32,000 nt of DNA from an uncultured Lentisphaeria bacterium (GTDB lineage Bacteria > Verrucomicrobiota > Lentisphaeria > JABSQK01 > JAJFLO01), in contig OX638337.1 in the NCBI GenBank assembly GCA_951812855.1, positions 720,001 to 752,000 on the forward strand, read 5' to 3'. This document shows positions 26,609-32,000 of the stretch, piece by piece. Numbering within the stretch: position 1 is the stretch's first letter; each line of letters starts with the position of its first letter. A model generated the notes under the pieces. The model saw only the letters and a program-made list of their open reading frames with translations. It did not search any database and was not told the origin of the DNA. The translations under genes were made by a program, and so were the position numbers.

Positions 26609-27322
26609 ATGAAAAATTTAACGTTTAACAGTGGTGATTTATCAATTGTAACCTCGCCAATCGGCAACCTTGACGACATGACATATCGAGCTGTTCAAGT
26701 ACTTCGTAATGCTGATTTAATTGCATGCGAGAATATTCGCAGAACAAAAGTACTTTTAGGACATTACAAAATAGACTGTCCGATGATCAGCTATAATAAA
26801 GATAATGAGACTCAAAAAACCGATGTATTAATTAAATCTATCAGAAATGGACACCATGTTGCAATGATCGTAAGTGCGGGAACACCGAGTATTTCTGATC
26901 CGGGATTTTTGTTGGTTCGCCAAGCTGTCAAAAGCGGAATTGAGCCGAAAATAATTCCGGGTGTATCAGCCTTGACATATGCCATCGCAGCATCAGGATT
27001 TCCAGTACAAAATTTCTGCTTCCTGGGATTTTTAACCAGGAAAAAATTAAAAAGAAGAAAAATCCTGCGAGCTAATGCTATTTCCAGCCAATCACTTTTT
27101 ATATTTGAATCACCTTATAGAATAAATCAATTAATACGGGAAATCGCGGATGAAATTGGGCTGGAGACTGAAATTGTTCTTGTAAGAGAAGCAACAAAAA
27201 AATTTGAAGAACATATTCGTGGTACAGCTGAATTATTACTTGAAATTAAAAATAAATTAAAGCAAAAAGGAGAATTTACTGTTTGCGTCAATACGAATCA
27301 CTTCAGCGGGAGTTTACAATAA
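26609..27322 (+). CDS. rsmI: 16S rRNA (cytidine1402-2'-O)-methyltransferase RsmI
   Basis: LSIVTSPIGNLDDMTYRAVQVLRNADLIACE, SAGTPSISDPG and FESPYR are RsmI/tetrapyrrole-methylase-fold motifs. 237 aa. Confidence 0.9.
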   Translation: MKNLTFNSGDLSIVTSPIGNLDDMTYRAVQVLRNADLIACENIRRTKVLLGHYKIDCPMISYNKDNETQKTDVLIKSIRNGHHVAMIVSAGTPSISDPGFLLVRQAVKSGIEPKIIPGVSALTYAIAASGFPVQNFCFLGFLTRKKLKRRKILRANAISSQSLFIFESPYRINQLIREIADEIGLETEIVLVREATKKFEEHIRGTAELLLEIKNKLKQKGEFTVCVNTNHFSGSLQ

Positions 27323-27328
27323 CTGTAA

Positions 27329-27493
27329 CTAGTCATTGTCGTCTGATACATCTTCCTCAAAATCGTTTCCAGCATCGCTAAACAACAGTGAAGCTGTAAT
27401 CATGGCCCCGCACTCCGGGCAGGCACCACCTTCGTTGTCAACAGCTTCCATCCTGACTTCGACTTCGCAATACGGGCATGATATTTTTTCCAT
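27329..27493 (-). CDS. Small (54 aa) zinc-ribbon protein with an acidic tail (not in the supplied ORF track)
   Basis: Hand translation of the minus strand gives MEKISCPYCEVEVRMEAVDNEGGACPECGAMITASLLFSDAGNDFEEDVSDDND*. It has paired CPxC knuckles 16 residues apart. AAGGAA sits upstream of the ATG. It lies 81 nt downstream of the rho stop on the same strand, with no hairpin between them. The listed 68-aa plus-strand ORF 27336-27542 is its antisense shadow. Confidence 0.55.
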   Translation of the reverse strand: MEKISCPYCEVEVRMEAVDNEGGACPECGAMITASLLFSDAGNDFEEDVSDDND

Positions 27494-27574
27494 AATTATA
27501 CATTCCTTTTATTTTCGAATCGGATATATATACAATTATTAACTGTACTTTTAAGAAAAAAAACCAATTTTTAT

Positions 27575-29128
27575 TTAACTTTTTAAAGAAAGTAAAAATT
27601 CAGCATTTGTTTTAATATCTTTCAGTTTTTTAATCAGCAATTCCATTGCTTCAGCAGGTTTCACATCATTCATATATCGTCGCAAATACCACATCCGCTC
27701 CAATTCATCCGGATGCAGCAGTAATTCTTCTTTTCTCGTTCCTGATTTGGCAATATTAATTGCCGGAAACACGCGGCGATCAGAAAGATATCGGTCAAGA
27801 TGCAGTTCCATATTTCCCGTACCTTTAAACTCCTCAAATATAACCTCATCCATCCGACTGCCGGTATCAATTAACGCTGTTGCCAAAATAGTAAGACTGC
27901 CACTTTCTACAGTATTTCTGGCTGAGCCAAAAAAACGTTTTGGTTTATGCAGGGCATTGGAATCAACTCCGCCGGAAAGAATTCGTCCGCTGTGAGGTTC
28001 AATTGTATTGTATGCACGAGCCAAACGCGTAATACTATCCAACAGAATAACCACATGCTTTCCATGTTCAACCAAACGACGTGCTTTTTCTATGACCATT
28101 TCCGCTACCTGAACATGACGATTAGGAGGTTCATCAAATGTTGAACTAATGACTTGACCTTTTACTGACCTCTGCATATCGGTGACTTCTTCAGGGCGTT
28201 CATCGATGAGCAAGACAATCTGTACAACTTCCGGGTTATTTGCAGTGATGCTATTTGCAATTTTTTGTAATAATATCGTTTTACCCGTTCTTGGAGGTGC
28301 AACGATTAAACCCCGCTGTCCTTTACCAATAGGAGTAATTAAGTCAATGATTCGGGTTTCTAAATCCGTGTTACTGTGTTCTAAAATAAATCGTTCTTCC
28401 GGAAAATAGGGTGTCAGGTTTTCGAATGGAATTTTGTCCTTCTTTAAATCTGAAGGTTCACCATTAATCGCCTCAACTTTAAGCATTGCAAAAAACCGCT
28501 CTTTTTCCCTCGGCGGACGAATTTGGCCCGTTACATCATCACCTTTACGCAATGAAAATCGTCTAATCTGAGACGGACTAAGATAGACATCTTCGGGACA
28601 GGGTAAATAACTATAATTTGGTGACCGTAAAAAACCAAATCCATCACCAAGAACTTCAAGTACACCACCACCATACATCAGCCCGCTTTTTTCAGCATTC
28701 GCTTTAAGAATTTCATAGACTAAATTTTGCTTACTGATCGCTCCAACTGCTTCTACACCTAACTCGATAGCCATTTGGGATAGTTCAGGCATAGATTTTG
28801 CATGCAGTTCAGTCAGGTTCAAACTTGGAGCCAGTTCGTCTTTGGTTACACCATCTGTATCCTTCATATTAATATCATACGGATATTGAGAAAGGGTGCC
28901 GGCACCGGGTTGTTTACCATAATCATACGCCCCGCCATCATTTATATTCTTATTGCCGGAATTATAGAAATTGGAATTATTTTTTGACCCCTGTTTATGA
29001 CGCGAATTTGATTTTTGATCTCTTTTATTGCCGGGTCGACGTTTTCGCATTTTTTTCTGTTCACCCTCAGATTTGGAATTAGTGTGATTGTCTTTTTTAT
29101 CTTTAGTTATTGGTTTTTGATTTCTCAT
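27575..29128 (-). CDS. rho: Transcription termination factor Rho with an N-terminal basic/Asn-rich extension of about 100 aa
   Basis: The canonical N-terminal helix bundle ([23 protein letters not shown]) and RNA-binding OB (GFGFLR) are present. So are Walker A (PPRTGKT), IDERPEEV and the C-terminal motifs. 517 aa versus about 420 for minimal Rho. Confidence 0.95.
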   Translation of the reverse strand: MRNQKPITKDKKDNHTNSKSEGEQKKMRKRRPGNKRDQKSNSRHKQGSKNNSNFYNSGNKNINDGGAYDYGKQPGAGTLSQYPYDINMKDTDGVTKDELAPSLNLTELHAKSMPELSQMAIELGVEAVGAISKQNLVYEILKANAEKSGLMYGGGVLEVLGDGFGFLRSPNYSYLPCPEDVYLSPSQIRRFSLRKGDDVTGQIRPPREKERFFAMLKVEAINGEPSDLKKDKIPFENLTPYFPEERFILEHSNTDLETRIIDLITPIGKGQRGLIVAPPRTGKTILLQKIANSITANNPEVVQIVLLIDERPEEVTDMQRSVKGQVISSTFDEPPNRHVQVAEMVIEKARRLVEHGKHVVILLDSITRLARAYNTIEPHSGRILSGGVDSNALHKPKRFFGSARNTVESGSLTILATALIDTGSRMDEVIFEEFKGTGNMELHLDRYLSDRRVFPAINIAKSGTRKEELLLHPDELERMWYLRRYMNDVKPAEAMELLIKKLKDIKTNAEFLLSLKS

Positions 29129-29835
29129 ACGTTGATTTATTAATCTCTTCTTTTGGATTTAGTTAAAATACACAAAGCGATTGTCCCGCAATTAATTAAT
29201 AATGAAAGAATCCCCGGGTAATTAATAATAGCTACATGTGTCATTCGAATTTATGTCTATAATGATAATTGCTGACAGGATGTGTACGATTCATTTAAGG
29301 GAATCGAGTTACTCAAATCTATCAACGAACTAAATCATCCAGTTATTGATAATGCATCTTATCAGCATCAACCAAAATGACAAAAACAGAACAGGTTGAA
29401 TACCCGTATACCGAATGAAAGTAATTATTTGTTATCAAATTTACTTAGAAATAGTCTATGACGAAATTAAGATCCTTATCAGGAAAGTGTGATTTCTATA
29501 GTCAAAACTATTTAAAAACTCAAGGAGTTTGATTGTGAATTTCTTGGTGGGTCATCGCATCAAATTAAATCTGATGCGGGAACGTATATTGACCAGATTG
29601 TAAAGATTCAGTCCCCAATATGCAGTACACTGGATATTTATGTTAAAGAAAAGTTATTCGCTGCCCGCTCATGTTCATGAAAGGAATCTTGACAAAACCT
29701 AAATAGAAAGAATCGATTCAAACATGGATCGATTAACGGGAATTTGTGAAAGGGGTAACATTTTACTTTGCTAAACTGCAGGAGTTTATAATGAATATAC
29801 TTAATTTTCAAATGAAAAATAGAAAAAAATAAAAT

Positions 29836-32000
29836 TTAACCCAAGTTACTGATTTCCAAATTGAATTGAACATCGCGATGATATTCCTGTAAGCTTTTTA
29901 CACACATGCCTTTAACCGATTTTAATGATTCCAATCCCATAATTCCAGCTTTTAAACCACTTACTGTTGTTGTAATGGGGACTCCATGGGCAATTGACTC
30001 TTGCCGCATTTTCATTTCATCTAATTTTGGAGTTACACCACTTGAAGGAGTATTGATAATCCATTTTACATCTTTATCAGCAATAATATCTAAAATATTA
30101 GGCTTTCCTTCTGAAATTTTTAGTATTGCCTGACTCTTAATATTATTTTTACTTAACAGAGTGCCGGTGCCTTTCGTTGCATATATAGAGAATCCCAGAT
30201 CTATTAATCGTTTTGCCAGTGGAACGAGTAACTCTTTGTCCGAATCTCTTACACTCAAAAAGATATTACCTGATTCCGGAAGTTTATTTCCTGCAGCAAT
30301 CTGGCTTTTAAAATAAGCAATTCCCTTTGAACAATCAGCACCCATTACTTCTCCAGTGGATTTCATCTCTGGAGATAAAACGATATCTGACCCTGGAAAT
30401 CTTACAAAAGGAAATACGGCCTCTTTTACTGAATAATAGGATGGAACTATTTCTTTTGTATAACCCAGGTTTTTTAATCTATCCCCTGCCATTACCAATG
30501 CTGCCAGCTTCGCAAGCGGTACTCCGATTGCTTTACACACAAAAGGAATTGTTCTGGATGCTCTGGGATTTACTTCAAGTATATAAACATGTTCCTCTTT
30601 AACCGCAAATTGTACATTCATCAGACCGATAACATTCAATTCACGACATAAAGAGTAACAATGGCTTCGAATCGTGTCTTTTACACTTTCTGAAAGTGTC
30701 GGTGCAGGAATGACACAGGCACTGTCACCAGAATGTACACCTGCAAATTCAATGTGCTCCATTATTGCACCAACGATATAGGTTTCACCATCAGAAATAC
30801 AATCAACATCAACCTCAACCGCATTTTCTAAATACCGGTCAATCAGAACAGGCCGCTCCTCTGAGATTGAAACCGCTTCGTTCATATATTTCTCTAATAA
30901 TTCCTCATTATACACAATGACCATTGCACGTCCACCTAAAACAAACGATGGTCGTACTAAAACAGGAAATCCAATTCGTTGAGCAATCTCTATTGCTTCC
31001 TCTGTTGTTGATGCCGTTCCATTTTCGGTTTGACTGATTCCAATTTTATCAGCTAATTTTTGGAAAAACTCCCTGTCTTCGGCAGCTTCAATACTCTTAG
31101 GGGATGTTCCCAGAATGTTCACTCCATTCTTTTCCAAATCCAGGGCCAAATTTAAAGGTGTCTGCCCCCCGAACTGCACAATTACTCCGTAACACTCTTC
31201 ATTTTCATAAATATGAAGAACATCTTCCAGGGTCAACGGTTCAAAATACAATTTATCACTTGTATCATAATCCGTACTCACGGTTTCCGGATTACTATTG
31301 ACCATAATCGTTTCAAATCCTGCGTCTCGAAGTGCAAATGATGCATGAACGCAACAATAATCAAATTCAATTCCCTGTCCTATTCGATTCGGGCCACCGC
31401 CTAAAATCATGACTTTTCTTTTATCACTAAGGCGAGACTGATCCTGATCTGCATAGGTTGAATAAAAATACGGTGTGTAAGCTTCAAATTCAGCGGCACA
31501 AGTATCAACCAGCGAATATACGGGAAATATTTTTAATGATTTTCGACATTGTCGAATCGAGTCTTCTTCAGCATTCAGGAGAAAGGCGATCTGCCGGTCT
31601 GAATAACCAAATTCTTTAGCCTGTTTTAATAGAGAATAATTATTGACTAACTCTTCCACATCTCCCACTGATGCTATTTCATCCTCAAAGAATGCCAATT
31701 CTTCCAGATGATAAAGGAACCATGGGTCAATTTTACATAGATCATGAATATGTTCAACAGTCCAGTTTCTTTTGAATCCTGCTCTTACAGCAAAAATTCT
31801 GAATGCATTCGGTCGAGATAAAAGCTTTCCAAGTTCGTTATCACTCATAGATTCAAACTCTTTATCTTTACCATCAGCACCAAAACCAAATCGCCCGATT
31901 TCAAGTGACCGCAACGCTTTCTGCAACGATTGTTTAAATGTCTTGCCAATACTCATTGTTTCTCCGACCGATTTCATTTGGGTTCCCAGTGTACTGTCTG
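29836..32000 (-). CDS. carB: Carbamoyl-phosphate synthase large subunit, 5'-truncated by the window edge
   Basis: The ORF stays open upstream of the listed Met to nt 32000 (..DSTLGTQMKSVGETMSIGKTF matches the conserved TQMKSVGEVMAIGRTF segment). The oligomerisation domain, second ATP-grasp half (GGGPNRIGQGIEFDYCC, EVNPRASRT) and C-terminal MGS-like domain are present. Confidence 0.95.
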   Translation of the reverse strand, partial: DSTLGTQMKSVGETMSIGKTFKQSLQKALRSLEIGRFGFGADGKDKEFESMSDNELGKLLSRPNAFRIFAVRAGFKRNWTVEHIHDLCKIDPWFLYHLEELAFFEDEIASVGDVEELVNNYSLLKQAKEFGYSDRQIAFLLNAEEDSIRQCRKSLKIFPVYSLVDTCAAEFEAYTPYFYSTYADQDQSRLSDKRKVMILGGGPNRIGQGIEFDYCCVHASFALRDAGFETIMVNSNPETVSTDYDTSDKLYFEPLTLEDVLHIYENEECYGVIVQFGGQTPLNLALDLEKNGVNILGTSPKSIEAAEDREFFQKLADKIGISQTENGTASTTEEAIEIAQRIGFPVLVRPSFVLGGRAMVIVYNEELLEKYMNEAVSISEERPVLIDRYLENAVEVDVDCISDGETYIVGAIMEHIEFAGVHSGDSACVIPAPTLSESVKDTIRSHCYSLCRELNVIGLMNVQFAVKEEHVYILEVNPRASRTIPFVCKAIGVPLAKLAALVMAGDRLKNLGYTKEIVPSYYSVKEAVFPFVRFPGSDIVLSPEMKSTGEVMGADCSKGIAYFKSQIAAGNKLPESGNIFLSVRDSDKELLVPLAKRLIDLGFSIYATKGTGTLLSKNNIKSQAILKISEGKPNILDIIADKDVKWIINTPSSGVTPKLDEMKMRQESIAHGVPITTTVSGLKAGIMGLESLKSVKGMCVKSLQEYHRDVQFNLEISNLG

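Noticed and set aside
27336-27542. 68-aa plus-strand ORF listed in the track (MSSDTSSSKSFPASLNN...)
   Set aside because: It is low-complexity and Ser/Thr-rich with no convincing RBS. It lies exactly antisense to a much more protein-like CxxC...CxxC zinc-ribbon ORF (27329-27493, minus strand), so I treat it as a shadow ORF.
29535-29603. 22-codon plus-strand mini-ORF (GTG start, AAGGAG 7 nt upstream) containing the CGCATCA/TGATGCG hairpin
   Set aside because: It looks like a leader peptide, but nothing lies downstream on the plus strand except antisense carB. The match is probably fortuitous, and I cannot show conservation.
334-31301. The remaining 60-116-aa ORFs in the track lie inside or antisense to the long genes. 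Examples: 334-663, 3780-3962, 5432-5638, 6939-7193, 7307-7818, 8396-8617, 9081-9326, 9481-9702, 10035-10280, 13796-14047, 14911-15237, 15268-15501, 15655-15984, 17205-17387, 17680-17940, 18167-18531, 21355-21603, 23106-23300, 23507-23788, 24073-24756, 25877-26464, 27670-28409, 28802-28987, 29906-30602, 31104-31301
   Set aside because: Each overlaps a well-supported conserved gene in another frame or strand. Their compositions are skewed or low-complexity, as expected of shadow ORFs in AT-rich DNA.
1-32000. Search by eye for CRISPR arrays, tandem or long direct repeats, IS elements or transposases, and tRNA, rRNA, tmRNA or RNase P genes
   Set aside because: None was recognised. The only repeats seen are the short leader motifs at 6432-6546, homopolymer runs (A8 at 1738-1745, A10 at 16140-16149) and an AT-only tract at about 6322-6362. 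A computational repeat and cmscan search would be needed to exclude small RNAs.

Overview
This is an AT-rich bacterial chromosomal segment, roughly 35-38% GC by hand counts of sample lines. It is dominated by housekeeping genes on both strands. In order: tsaB; aroQ; nhaA; a three-gene ABC transporter (ATPase plus two ABC-2-like permeases); a class I/II aminotransferase; xerD; the conserved thrS-infC-rpmI-rplT cluster, with infC starting at AUU; an LptF/LptG-family permease; pyrF; an AI-2E transporter translationally coupled to a stand-alone cNMP-binding protein; hemW; the pgk-tpiA-secG operon; rsmI; rho; and the 3' two-thirds of carB. The left edge (1 to ~700) is visibly GC-richer and carries the 3' part of an Mrr-type restriction endonuclease. 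I recognised no rRNA, tRNA, CRISPR array, transposase or prophage. Reading beyond the ORF track gave five results. (1) Three decayed genes are split by frameshifts and in-frame stops: a PH/TerB-like gene at 1725-2456, a prepilin-type gene at 12550-13244, and a GYF/RDD membrane gene at 19021-19645. All long core genes are intact. (2) An unlisted 54-aa CxxC...CxxC zinc-ribbon ORF lies just downstream of rho. (3) infC is mis-started in the track. (4) The ~420-nt nhaA leader contains phased CAGG repeats and mutually exclusive pairings. (5) A 1092-aa orphan protein has a degenerate amino-acid-dehydrogenase-like core plus HEAT-like repeats. I did not find a convincing multi-gene novel system such as a defence island or biosynthetic cluster. 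The 1092-aa orphan and the nhaA leader are the most novel-looking elements. The prepilin-like pseudogene weakly suggests a PVC-superphylum-like organism, and the pseudogene load suggests ongoing gene loss. Both are inferences only.
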